Shown piece after piece: positions 28,110-40,817 of a stretch of DNA of 64,000 bases. The notes below the pieces were generated by a model, which searched no databases, was not told the origin of the DNA, and saw nothing but the letters and a program-made list of their open reading frames with translations. Position numbers and translations under genes: made by a program. The DNA comes from Octopus vulgaris (Eukaryota). Within the stretch, counting starts at the first letter, position 1; the number at the start of each line of letters is the position of its first letter. The stretch covers positions 20,150,001 to 20,214,000 of the forward strand of contig OX597834.1 in assembly GCA_951406725.2 (NCBI GenBank), read 5' to 3'.

Positions 28110-29479
28110 CAGGGTCTCGCAGATAAATTGAGATAATTTTTATGATACGGAATCCTGATTATAAATACTAAAATAATGGTAGCAGACAGATATAATTTTA
28201 ATGTAACATTTATTACAACAAAATCATTTATCACTGCTAGCATGGGTTGGACGGTTCAACTGGGGTCTGGGAAGCCAGAAGGCTGCACCAGGCCCAGTCT
28301 GATCTGGCAATGTTTTTTTTTTTTCAGCCGTAAAAACATTGCCAGATCAGACTGGGCCTGGTGCAGCCTTCTGGCTTCCCAGACCCCAGTTGAACCGTCC
28401 AACCCATGCTAGCATGGAAAGCGGACGCTAAACGATGATGATGATGATGATGATGATGATGGCTACCCTTTTGGGCAATTACTGCCTCCACACAAGTTCG
28501 AATTTGTTTTTGCAGCTGCCTCAACCTCCACTTTTTTGATTTTGCATGTCACATGCACGATGCAGGTCTTCAAACTGTTGAAACTCGAGTGTAGTGAAGC
28601 ATCGGACCTTGCTTGAAGTAGACCCTATAAAATGTAATCGAGAAGGTTGAGATCTTGTCTATCACAAAAAATGGCACCTTCTCACCAAGGAAGGCCTCTG
28701 TTGCTTTTGACTCATAGCATGGTGCAGAATCCTTAATAAGCACCACCTTGTCAAACCCAAACTTCTATTCCATTCAAGGTAACAGAGAGTTCTTAAGGAT
28801 GTCCAGATACTCCTTTGAGCTGATCTTCAAGCCAGACTCAATGAAGTGTGGATCCCATGACACTTCCATCACATGCCACAGCTCCAAATACCATCACTAA
28901 GGTAGGATTCTTAGTCTCAAACACAGTGGGGACATCAGAAGGGTTATATTCAATCACTTAAGAATTTCTGTGATTTACCTCCAGTGTCCATAATGAACTT
29001 CTTGTCCACAAATACGAAAGTTTTACCTTGTTATTCTTCACATAACTGTCGTAGGAAAACACACAAGGCTCTATCGTCCACAGAGCCATGGCTTCACCAG
29101 GAAAAAAAGAAATGCTAAGTCACCAAGGACCGAATAGTACCTGTTGGACATATGTCCCTCCCTTGGGGCTGAGTAATAGCCATTTCCAAAATGCCCATCC
29201 TCTCTGTCCCACCACGTACACACAATAAACTGTTGCTTTTGGAAGCTTCGTCAACTTAACAATTCTATTGGCAGTGCGCCTGGCATGTGCCAAAAACAAC
29301 AGTGGTGGAACAGTTCTGATGTTCCATGACTTTCTGTAGTCGAATCAGTTCACTATTTACCTGAAAATCTAAAGACAAGGATTAGATTTTCAAGCAAGCA
29401 AGGTTTTCTCAAGAAATGAAATGTTAAACTTACTATGACAACTGCTTGAAATCAGTCTCAGTTTATCTGCAAGACTTAG
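28110..29479 (-). mobile_element. Decayed Tc1/mariner DNA transposon (maT/DD37D-like transposase pseudogene)
   Basis: TIRs CAGGGTCTCGCAGATAAATTGAGA / TCTCAGTTTATCTGCAAGACTTAG flanked by TA. Minus-strand peptide remnants: IVKLTKLPKATVY (HTH), KTFVFVDKKF, NPTLVMVFGAVACDG, KDSAPCYESKATEAFL, QDLNLLDY, EAVIAQKGS. Stops and frameshifts present. Confidence 0.85.
28235..28414. repeat. Perfect 83-bp inverted repeat of RTE-tail sequence, 14-nt spacer
   Basis: 28235-28317 is the reverse complement of 28332-28414; the right arm continues into a (GAT)n tail to ~28460. Confidence 0.95.
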
Positions 29480-29576
29480 TATGTATGTATGTATGTATGT
29501 ATGTGTACATATATGTTTGTGTGTGTTTTGTGTATGTATGATTGTATGTATGTATGTATGAATGTATGTGTGTATG

Positions 29577-29612
<36 letters not shown>

Positions 29613-29761
29613 GTGAGAACTTACAAAAAAACCAAAAGACGAAGATGGGTATGTAAACAACAAACAGACGTATTAGTTTAACGCTCAGGAAAAGAGAGTA
29701 AGGGATGGAATAGGTAAATCACAGCCTACAAATGTTTCATAACAAAATGATGGTTGTTATA

Positions 29762-29795
<34 letters not shown>

Positions 29796-30649
29796 CACAC
29801 ATATATATATATATATACACATATATATATACACACATATATATATATATATATGCATACACACACACTCATGCACACACATATATATATACATATGTAT
29901 ATATCTACTTATGTGCATACATATATGGGCATGTGTGTATTTATATATATATATATATAAGCACACACGTACCCATATGTATTCATTGTATGTATTATTA
30001 GCTTTTATAGAAGACATTTTAATGTCGCTGTTGAATGAAAGCTTCGTATATACGTCAGCTTCTCCTGACAGTCAAGTTACGTACTTCACTTATTTCATTA
30101 CTTCTCATAAGAAGAGAAAGAAAAACAATAACAACAAACAACGACAAACAAAATGAAATGAGAAAATGTCAGGATAGCCTGTTCTCAAGAAACAATGGCA
30201 TTTTTCAAAGAAAATATATCAGGTTTCAACTCCAGAGGTTTCTTTGTTTACCCTCTGATATTATTATTATTATCATTATTATTAAAATTTATTATTATTG
30301 TTCACCAGGGATTGTTATGATGATGTTGTTGTTTATACAACAACTGTTGCCTGTTTCGATGTCTTTGTGCTTTGTTCTCATGCATGAGAAGAGTTCGCGG
30401 AAGAATTTATTAAGTTCAGTTCTCTTGGAAAATGCAGAATCTGGTCGTCCATGTCCCTTTTTTTGTGTCAGTGTCAGAGAATGCAAAAGGGAGAGAAAGA
30501 AGTGATGTATCATACGTCGTAAGCTAATTAAAAGAATTAAAAATAAATACAGGTAAACAGTAAAAAGAAATGCCCCAAAAGTTTAGGGCTGTGGTTCTCA
30601 AACATTTTTGTTTTTTGCCTATGGAGCCTTTTGGTTTCTATTTTATTCA

Positions 30650-31950
30650 AAGAAGATAAAGTTATAGAGGTTGTTAGGGTATGCGATAGAGTACTTAAGC
30701 TCAGGCTAGTCCTGCAGAACAGCACAGCTACAATTATCTCCACCTACGCCCCACATGCGGGGCTACCAAATGATCAGAAGGACCACTTTTATGATACCCT
30801 TCTACAGGCTACCTCAAAGACGAGTGGCAATGACCTCATCTTTGTGGCTGGAGATTTTAATGGGCATGTTGGGCGGGAATCTGGTATCTTCACTGGGGTA
30901 CTCGGGGGTCTTGGTATTGGTGCCCAGAACGATGAGGGAACTAGGCCACTGGAGTTCTGTGATGCATGAAACCTTTTAATCTGCAACACTAACTTCAGAA
31001 AGCCAGACAGCCACCTGATAATCTATCAGTCAGGGTCTCTGCTAGCCGGATTGATTTCATCCCCACCAGACAGTGGGACGCAGGGTTGCCCTTAAATACA
31101 AAGACCCTCCCAGATGAAGAATGTACCCCTCAGCATAGGCTAGTCATTAGTGACTTTAGGCTCAAGGCCAGAAGGATACCAAGAAGCAGACCAATCCAAA
31201 AAAGAAGGATTTGGAAGCTAAAGAACCCTTCACATGGTCAGAGATTTAGAGACATCCTCATCAAAAAATTTGATGAGAGGGAGGAGGAGCTACAGACTTC
31301 GGACATAGAAGGTAGTTGGATATTCCTACAGGACAGCTTACTGAGTGCCACAGACCAAGTCTGCAGATGGTGCAAAGTCCCTTCCAGACCTAGAGTTACG
31401 TGGTGGTGGAATAGTATGGTAGACAAAGCCATTACAGCATTTAGTATCCTTAGTAGCCATTATTATCCTACATCAGCTTCACATAACCAGCCCCAGCCCA
31501 TCCAAAGTACCTTGAATCACAGAACAACCTGCTGTGCTCAGCTTGGACCGTAGGGTGACCTGTTGTGCTTAAGGAGACCTATTGAATCGAGTACATCAAC
31601 ATCAACATCAAAATAAAAATTGTAGTTGTGATACCCATGCTAGTGGCTCGTAAAAAGCACCATCCAAACATGGCCAATGCCAGCACCGCCTTGACTGGCT
31701 TCCATGCTGGTGGCACATAAAAGACACCAGCCGATCGTGGTCATTGTCAGCCCCCTCTAGCCCCTGTGCCGGTGGCACGTAAAAAGCACCCACTACACTC
31801 ATGGAGTGGTTGGCGTTAGGAAGGGCATCCAGCCGTAGAAACACTGCCAGATCAGACTGGAGCCTGGTGCAGCCTTCTGGCTTCCCAGATCCCCGGTCAA
31901 ATCGTCCAACCCATGCTAGCATGAAAAAACTGACGTTCAACGATGATGAT
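30650..31950 (+). mobile_element. RTE-clade LINE remnant: APE endonuclease region, RT deleted, 3' UTR and (GAT)n tail
   Basis: ORF 30631-30969 (DRVLKLRL..IISTYAPH..FYDTL..LIFVAGDFNGHVG..NDEG..LEFC) and 31086- (PQHRLVISDFRL..WKLK..TWWWN..V) are typical RTE endonuclease/linker. Stops and frameshifts. 31440-31950 is family D 3' UTR. Confidence 0.85.
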
Positions 31951-32084
31951 AAGCCATTTAAAGTTTTAAAACGTCCCTTTATATTTTTATTAAATCAGTA
32001 CTGTGCCGGTGGCATGTAAAAAGCACCCACTACACTCTCAGAGTGGTTGGATTTAGGAAGGGCGTTCAGCTGTAGAAACCTTGC

Positions 32085-33211
32085 TCCACCCCCTTCCCTT
32101 GATGGTGCTTATTTTGCTCTGAATTTTCGGAAGAAAGAATAGGGATGCGCAAGCACAACAATTTCATTTTAAACATCAAATTCCGATTTAATTGTAATCT
32201 ACAGAACCTGGAGGGTATTTGTAGAAAATCTCAGCATGAAATATCCTTTTTTCTGAAAGTTATGAAGTAACAAAGTTGACTCGGGCGAATTTTTCCGAAA
32301 CTCCTCTCGTCATCCTCCGGGAAAAAAACCCTGTTTCACAACAAACTCCGATGTGATCAGAATCTACCCCATCCGAAGGGTATTTGTTGAAATTTTTAAT
32401 CAATAAAAGGTATCCCTTTTTCAAGAAGTTATGGCGAAACAAAGTCGGAGGGTGGGGAGGTACCATTTATGTAGGGTGCCAAAAGGGAAAAAAAACCCAA
32501 TTGCCGAACAAAGTCCTTTACAATAATAATCTTTTCCACAAAATTACATATCGGCTGTTAGGACACAAGGGCACTTGTAACCCACGACGCTATAGTACAC
32601 TATTCCACTAGATTACAAACAGGCCATTAGACCTGTTGGGTACCTATAACCCACGACGCTATAATACGCAATTCCACCAAATTACAGCCAAATCATTAGA
32701 CCTGCAGAGTACCAATAGAACCCACGACCCTATAGTACACTATTCAACCAAATTACAGTCGGGCCACTAGACCTGCAGGGTACCTATAACCTATGACGCT
32801 ATAGTTCACTATTGCCTCAATAAAATAAAACACACCGGACTATAAATAAATAACAAACACGCGTGTGTTGTGCTTGCCAATGTTTTGTAATTATTTGTGA
32901 TAAGGCGGTCTCTTGGGGACGGACCGAAAGCTTATGTAATGAATAGGTTTGTTGCGTTTAGAACTTTAGAGACATCAGATCCAGCTTTTAAAATGGCAAT
33001 CTTTCGTATGTGGTAGCAGACTTCGTTAATTTCCGTAAAAAATCCGAAAGAATTTACCTTTAAAATTACGTTTATCAACCAAAATGCCCGTAACCGAGAG
33101 GCGGAAATTAACGAAATCACCCGAATTTATACGTAAAATATGTTGTTTACCCGTTGACACAGCTACGATCGGAGACGTTCCCTACTTGCCTACCTTACAT
33201 TATTAAATTGA
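32085..33211 (-). mobile_element. CpG-rich repeat, possibly a 3'-truncated non-autonomous Helitron with internal ~70-bp tandem units
   Basis: Minus strand begins A|TCAATTTAATAATGTAAG. Units CCCACGACGCTATAG.. at ~32581, 32650, 32721, 32790. No CTRR 3' end found. Confidence 0.4.
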
Positions 33212-33261
33212 TAAATTAATGAGTTAATCTGTTACGTTCTTTCCTTAAAAGACACACACAT

Positions 33262-33324
<63 letters not shown>

Positions 33325-33719
33325 ACACACACACATACTTTATGCTGTGTAGTTAGAGGGAAGCATTTGTCTAAGGCCAGAAATTTGGGACTAGCGTGTC
33401 CGAAATAGCAGCCAAATCCCTATCTTAAACTCCACGGCATAAAGTGTATGTGTGTGTGTATATACACACACATGCCTATATTTATGCATACCCTTTTTTT
33501 TAAAATCATGCTGGAGTAGTGTACTGAAGTATTTTAATAGAATATATCGAACTCAGTTCTACTGTCTGTTTGCCGAACCGCTTCGTCACAGGGACGTAAA
33601 CACAGCAGGACTAGTTGTCAAGCACACAGCAAGGATTTGGCCAATTGTATGAGGCATTTGGCGAAGGTGTCACGCAGTGGGATAGAACCCGGAGCCACGC
33701 GCTTGGGAAGCAAACATAG

Positions 33720-34516
33720 GCTCAACACCCGAAATTTTGGGTGATGGGGCCAGTCGATTAGATCGATCCCAGTACATAGAGGGGACAAACAAGGACAGAC
33801 AAAGGGATTTAGTCGGTTAGATCGACCTCAGTGCGTAACTAGTACTTTAATTTATCGAAAGACAAAGTCGATCTCGGCAGAATTTGAACTCAGAACGCAG
33901 CGGCAGATGAAATACCTATTTCTTTACTACCAACAAGGGGTTAAACACAGAGAGGACAAACAATGACAGACAAACGGATTAGGTCGATTATATCGACTCC
34001 GGTGCGTAACTGGTACTTATTTAATCGACCCCGAAAGGATGAAAGGCAAAGTCGACCTCAGTGGAATTTGATCTCAGAACGTAACAGCAGACGAAATACT
34101 TATTTCTTTACTATCAACAAGGGGCTAAAACACAGAGGGGACAAACAAGGACACACAAACGGATTAAGTCGATTATATCGACTCCGGTGCGTAACTGGTA
34201 CTTATTTAATCGACCCCGAAAGGATGAAAGGCAAAGTCGACCTCGGTGGAATTTGATCTCAGAACGTAACAGCAGACGAAATACCTATTTCTTTACTACC
34301 CACAAGGGGCTAAACACAGAGAGGACAAACAAGGACAGACAAACGGATTAAGTCGATTATATCGATCCCAGTGCGTAACTGGTACTTATTTAATCGACCT
34401 CGAAAGGATGAAAAGCAAAGTCGACCTCGGCGGAATTTGAACTTAGAACGTAACGGCAAACGAAATTACAGCTAGGCATTTCGCCGGGCGTGCTAACGGT
34501 TCTGCCAGCTCGCCGC
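33720..34516 (-). mobile_element. Family A SINE multimer: one tRNA head plus tandem ~185-bp bodies
   Basis: Junction GAAATAC(C/T)TATTTCTTTACTA at ~33912, 34096, 34281; single head at 34470-34516. Confidence 0.85.
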
Positions 34517-34817
34517 TTTGGCAAGCTAACATCTTACCCCACAGCCACCTCTGCACCTACAGAATTTAATTTCATATTTTCATTTTACCCCATGAGTTTC
34601 GTTCTTAATTTTTTTTTTTTAATAAATTATCTGCAATTCTTTTTTGTTTCGTTATTTTATTAATTAAAAAAAAAAAGACTGTGAAAGAATACAATTTGTA
34701 TAAAATGAAACGGACAATGACAGCAAAAATGAGAGAAAATCTAAATAAATTAGGAAAAGAAAAACTAACAAAATTTACTTGTTCCACTCCTAATAAAACT
34801 TTTGAGACAACCTAAAT

Positions 34818-35126
34818 CAAGAATTTTCAGCCATTTTTTTTCTATCGATCTCTTCGATTACTGTTTTATCCTGGTGGGTCCACATAGCAATTCCATGTTT
34901 AAACACTAATTTTTTTAGAAACTTCTTTCAAAATTCCTTTTTTTTTTTCTTTCTTCACACGTTAACTTGTGGAGGTTGAACTGTGGAAAATGTTAGAGAA
35001 AGAAACATAGTTGTTTCTTGCCATAGAAACATCTAAAGCAAAAAAAATTTTATTTTTATCCCCAATTACTGTTTTGTTACATGGACCCTTAAAAATATTT
35101 TAATGAACCCCGGTTGAGAACCACTG
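34818..35126. mobile_element. hAT (Charlie-like) MITE
   Basis: 3' terminus GGTTGAGAACCACTG, degenerate 5' CAAGAATTTTCAGCC, near-identical 8-bp flanks ACCTAAAT/ACCTAAAA. A 5' fragment of the same family lies at ~30589-30648. Confidence 0.55.
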
Positions 35127-35326
35127 ACCTAAAAGGCATTCCAAGAACACAAAATCCCAGGAGTCATGACGAGACTGAGTCACTAGAACAGCCAAGTGCC
35201 CTCCTCGCATGTTAACACCTGATAATTCATGGAAGACGAGATGCCAAACCTTCGTTGTCAACGAACCAACTTTTATCAAATTAAATGTGAGGCCAGTGTC
35301 TAAATTTTCTATTTATGAACCCCTTA

Positions 35327-35750
35327 TACTCTTACTCTTTTTTACTCTTTTACTTGTTTCAGTCATTTGACTGCGGCCATGCTGGAGCACCGCCTTTAGT
35401 CGAGCAAATCGACCCCAGGACTTATTCTTTGTAAGCCCAGTACTTATTTTATCGGTGTCTTTTGCCGAACCGCTAAGTTACTGGGACGTAAGCACACTAG
35501 CATCGGTTGTCAAGCAATGCTAGGGGGACAAACGCAGACACACAAACATACACACACACACACATATATATATACATACATATATACGACGGGCTTCTTT
35601 CAGTTTCCGTCTGCCAAATCCACTCACAAGGGTTTGGTCAGCCTGAGGCTATAGTAGAAGACACTTGCCCAAGATGCCACGCAGTGGGACTGAACCCGGA
35701 ACTATGTGGCTGGTAAGCAAGCTACTTACCACACAGCCACTCCTACGCCT
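35327..35750 (-). mobile_element. tRNA-derived SINE family B, full length
   Basis: Reverse-complement match to 55762-56216. Confidence 0.85.
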
Positions 35751-36336
35751 ATGTATAATCTCTTATGTAAATTCTTCGTATAGCTGTGTTTGCATATATA
35801 TTTGAGTGAATTTATTTCGATTTGTAATCGTCTTTGAACACACGTGTATGAAGACGTTTCCTTTTAACCATAGATACATACATTTAATAAGTTCGATACA
35901 TTTTTGTCAAAATTGACCAGGGTCAAGTCTAACTTAATAGAACCATTTGATAGAATCTGTCAAGTCATTTTTTTAAAAGTCAAATGTTGTAGTATCATGG
36001 CCTATTCGCGTAAGAAATTGACATATATCCAGGTATGGATGGCTTGTTTAGTATTTCTTGAAGAAATTTGACTAAATATCTGTTGATGATGATGGGATCT
36101 TTTTCTTCATTGATTTGTTTAGGGATAATGTTAAATAGAGCAGGACCATTTGTGGAAATTAATTACGCCACACTGAATATATTTGTTGTGAGCTTGAATC
36201 TTGTATAGAGAGAGCTAGTTCGATGTATGGCATGGATTCCCAGCTGTGGAAGATTTGATGTTAGGGTCGTATGAGTAATGCAGGTTCTATATTCTGCACA
36301 TTGTACAAATGGTGCATATGATACCAGATATATGTA

Positions 36337-36907
36337 CGAGCTGCTGTTGAAAAGCTCTTGGCAATAAAGTCGTTGCGAAAGGCCTGGTTGTGCCAACCTT
36401 CCGAGTTTTTTTACAGGGCCTAGAATAACTGAAGGACCACTACAAAAAGCGTATGAATCTGAGAGGGGAATATCTTTATATATAAAAAGTCAAGTTGTGT
36501 GTCTGTCTCCTACGATTTAGATTCCTAACTACTCCCACATTTTGCGGTGCAGTTTAACCAAAACCGGGTATCTTATAGATAGGTATCGAGCCCGTCTGGG
36601 TATTAGCGCGCGTCTACGATTTAAAAAAAAAATTTACCATCATTTTTTTCCATTTTAATGCATTTTTTTCGCTATTATATAAGGGAAGTAACTCTCTAAA
36701 AATGTCTACGATGAGTCAACGATTTAAAAAAAAATTTACCATCATTTTTTTTCCATTTTTTTGCTAATTTTTGGCTATAACTCTCTAAAAATGCTTATAT
36801 AGTTATTTCCCTTACAAACCCGAGCAACGCCGGGCGATACTGCTAGTGTTGAATAAAATCATAAATTTTCTTTCGCCCAAAGCCAGGAACTTTTCAGCCC
36901 TTCCTCG
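36337..36907 (+). mobile_element. Mariner-derived MITE (same family as 23190-23398) split by a Helitron
   Basis: TA|CGAGCTGCTGTTGAAAAGCTCTTGGC ... GCCAGGAACTTTTCAGCCCTTCCTCG. The two halves rejoin as GAATA+TGTTGAATAAAATC. Confidence 0.8.
36473..36846 (+). mobile_element. Non-autonomous Helitron
   Basis: 5' TC, 3' CTAG preceded by hairpin CCCG-AGCAACGC-CGGG; inserted between A and T with no TSD, as shown by the empty-site paralogue at 23324-23340. Confidence 0.9.
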
Positions 36908-36945
36908 TTTTTATATATGCGCAGCCTTAAGTGAAATATGGTAAC

Positions 36946-37165
36946 TTTACTTTTTTACTCTTTTACTTGTTTCAGTCATTTGACTGCGGCCATGCTGGAG
37001 CACCGCCTTTAATCGAGCAACTCGACCCCGGGACTTATTCTTTGTAAGCCCAGTACTTATTCTATCGGTCTCTTTTGCCGAACCGCTAAGTGACGGGGAC
37101 GTAAACACACCAGCATCGGTTGTCAAGCAATGCTAGGGGGACAAACACAGACACAAACATACACG

Positions 37166-37223
<58 letters not shown>

Positions 37224-37280
37224 TACGATGGGCTTCTTTCAGTTTCCATCTACCAAATCCACTCACAAGGCTTTGGTCGT
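36946..37280 (-). mobile_element. SINE family B, 5' disrupted
   Basis: Near-identical to 35340-35640. Confidence 0.8.
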
Positions 37281-38199
37281 TGGGGACAAGCTGCTGTTAC
37301 ATGTATAATCATCCGCTCACAAAGTTTTGGACAGCTCAGTGCTCTTGTAGAAGACACTTGACTAAGGTTCTATGTTGTGGAACTGAACTCAAAACCATGT
37401 GGTTAAAAAGCAATCTTCTTAACCAGTGCCCCAGCATGGCCACACTCTAATGACTAAAACAAATAAAAGGATACATCCATGCCTGAGCCTTTGTAAATAT
37501 AAACAGTTGTGGGAATTTTTCGGTTTGAACGGCAGTTTTTAACATAATTTCTAGGTAACTAATAAAATTTTAAACTTCGTATACTGGTAGAATGTGTTTA
37601 TAAAACATCTTTTTCTCTTGGCTTTATTGAGAAAATTCTATAGTTTGTAAGATATTTGTTGTTTTTTCTTCAATTTCTGCAATTTCAACCAATCACTGAC
37701 GTCTATTGAGGTAAAAAAAACATTCCGTACTGTATGAATATGTCCCTCGTTTAAGAAACAGATTGGGTTTATTTACATTTGTGAAGAAAAAAAGATACCC
37801 TTTCCCCCACCCCTAACCCTACAATAGATTGAAATGCAATAGATCGATACTAGGGTCATAATTATGGGTGACAGCCAGGTTGAAATAATGCATTCTTCCA
37901 GGAGTGAATAAAAAATTCCCAAACTTGATGGGATGGGCCCCTTAAATACTAATGTGGTCCCCCATATATGGATTCTAATGGCACAGGGACCCACTTGCCA
38001 TCGGGCAAGCTGGCTACCTAGCCAATCTGCCACTGTTTATGTCTTTCCAGATGGATCCATTCAGATTTTGCTGTACCTTGTCGTATGTTCACTGAGGGAA
38101 AACCTTCCTCTTCAAAGTCTATTTAGTTTGGAATTGTCCCCAATGCCTCTATAACTTAATTTTTCCCCTGGTTTTTACCTCTGGGAAGAGATTATCCAT

Positions 38200-38310
38200 A
38201 TTAGCCTGCCACTTGCCCTTTATTCTTTGACCTATTCAATATGGGAGAGTCTACCAGCTGTTTGCTCTCCGTTGACATATCTCCTCAAGATCATTAAGGC
38301 ACACTCACTA
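38200..38310 (-). mobile_element. Possible RTE LINE 5' UTR remnant
   Basis: CTTTGACCTATTCAATATGGGAGAGTCTACCAG..CATATCTCCTCAAGATCATTAAGGCACAC resembles the reverse of RTE 5' UTRs as I recall them; degenerate. Confidence 0.35.
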
Positions 38311-38591
38311 CAATGCACGGCATCAAAGAACTGAACCTCGAAAGTAATGCTACACTTTTATTTTCACCATGATGTTTCTATATTAAGTTCTTTGCATTAT
38401 ATCCATTACATACGGTAATGCCATGGTTAGATATCCAAGATAATAATTCTAATGCTAGCAAAACTAATAACAACCAATAATTTTATACCAATGTCATTTT
38501 GCTTTTCTCTCTCTCTCTCTCTCTCTTTCTCAAACTTAAGAGCCATTTATATCATTTGTTAATGGATTGCTTCATTTTATAATGTACTATA

Positions 38592-38995
38592 CAGGGTATC
38601 TGGGGAAGAACAATAGATCTAAAGTGAAGATATGCTTACACAACACTACATAACAGAATGTAGGAGAACTTCAGCTGTTGATTTATTACAAACTCCTAGC
38701 AGTACTTTGGTTCATGTTTCGTCTGTCGTAGCTGACCAAATGAGACCAGATTGTCTGCATCAGAGCAGAGATAACTTAGTCTTTCCACATCGATTGTTTT
38801 GACATCAATAATCTTACGCCACTAAATGTCCTATGCTTTCCAATGACAAATCAATCATTGTAACGGTGTAACAAATTGTTAGTGACTGCGTAATGTATGA
38901 AGCGGTCATCTCGACAAGATGTCCTTTTAAGCAACATCTTCTTTCTTATTGAGGTGGTTTTCCAATCGGCAGTGTTGTTATCATTTCTGCAAGGT
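38592..38995 (-). mobile_element. Possible Tc1-derived deleted fragment
   Basis: TA|CAGGGTATC terminus; minus peptide ..KRTSCRDDRFIHYAVTN resembles the Tc1 'T..R.DR.I...A' segment. Confidence 0.35.
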
Positions 38996-39382
38996 CCTAT
39001 GCATTGGTGCAGGTGTGGCTGTGTGGTAAGAAGTCGGCTTACAAACGACATGGTTTCTGGTTCAGTTCTACATTGGGCAAATGTCTTCTACTATAGTCTC
39101 AGTCTGACCAATACCTTGTGAGTAGATTTAGTGCACAGTAACTGAAAGAAGCCTACTGTCATCATCATCACCATCATTGTGATCTAACATCCGTTGTCCA
39201 TGCCGGCATGGGTTGGATGGTTTGACTGGGTTGGCACACTGGAAGGCTGTGCCAGGATCCAGTCTGATTTGGCATGGCTTTCTACAGCTGGATGCCCTTC
39301 CTAACACCAACCACTTTGAGAGTGTAATGGGTGCTTTGTGTGTGTATATATATATATGTGCACACACACATAAACATACAGT

Positions 39383-39415
<33 letters not shown>

Positions 39416-39844
39416 GTGTGTGTGTCTGTTTGTCCTCCACCACTGCCACTTGGCAACCGGTGTTGGCATGTTTACATCCCTCTAACTAAGCAGTTCAGCA
39501 AAAGCAACCAATAGAATAAGAACCAGGCTATAAAAACAAAAACGAAGCACTTGGGTAAATTCACTCAACTAAAATTCTTCAAGACGTTGCTCCAGCATGG
39601 CCACTGCCAATGACTAACACAGGAGGCAAGAGATAGATATATCAGAAAGATTAAACTATTTGGTAAAAAATTAGATTCAAATTCCTACTTGATTTCAGAC
39701 AAAGAACACCAGCCCCGACTGACATAAAAGTATAAATGTTATAAATGAGAAGCATCGTTTATTTGGTGAAGCAAAGGACAGCTTTGTTATTCTATTCAGT
39801 TCCTGTCAATATGCCTACCATTTTGGCGTTAATAAATGCATAGG

Positions 39845-39847
39845 ATT

Positions 39848-39879
<32 letters not shown>

Positions 39880-40105
39880 CATATATATGTATATATATAT
39901 ATATATATATGTATGTATATATATATATATATGTATGTATATATATATGTGTATGTATATATATACATATATATGTATGTATATATATATATGTATATAT
40001 ATATATATGCAAAATGAGAAAATGGAGAAACATACTTAAATCAATCATATGAATATATATATTTATATATACATATATATGTATATATATATGTATATAT
40101 ATATA

Positions 40106-40142
<37 letters not shown>

Positions 40143-40378
40143 ATGTATATATATATGTGTATATATATATATATGTGTATATATATATATGTATATATAT
40201 ATATATGTATATATATGTATATATATATATGTATATATATGTATATAAATATATATATATATATGTATATAAATATATATATATATATGTATATGTATAT
40301 ATATGTATATAAATATATATATATATATGTATGTATGTATGTATGTATATATGTGTATATATGGATATATATAAATAT
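39845..40378. repeat. Long (TA)n/(TATG)n compound microsatellite
   Basis: Seen directly. Confidence 0.95.
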
Positions 40379-40704
40379 GAAGAGTTTTAGCTGCTAATGC
40401 ATTATTTATATATACTTTACAAGCTTAACAAACAACTGACAACGAAGATTTTGGTCACGACGATGACGAAGATGATGATGGGGATGATGACGAAGATGGA
40501 CAAAATGGTGTTGGTGACGTGGATGCGTTCAGTCAATGTTTACTGTCATTCTCACTATGTCATAACAGAGGAGTTTAACAGAGATGACTTGTAGAAAGCA
40601 TTCAATAGGTTAACCCCATTAACCTATCATTGTACTATCATTACCAATAGACAAGAAAAAAAGAGAAAGCACAAAAAAAAAACCTGCCCCTGCCATCACT
40701 GCTG

Positions 40705-40740
<36 letters not shown>

Positions 40741-40817
40741 ATGTGTCTGGGATAAAAATGCTCTAAGATCTTGTGCTGTCTCTTTCCATTTGAAACAGTC
40801 CATGAACATTTTGTAAG

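Noticed and set aside
30631-30969. Host gene 'craniofacial development protein 2-like'
   Set aside because: That label typically reflects RTE endonuclease homology; the stops, frameshifts and LINE tail indicate a TE remnant.
30589-35126. One hAT element split by 4.5 kb of nested insertions
   Set aside because: The flanks do not form a TSD, and the right end pairs better with a closer left end at 34818.
37808-37822. Telomeric CCCTAA
   Set aside because: Fewer than two units, inside what looks like a dispersed repeat (~37503-37873) that I could not classify.
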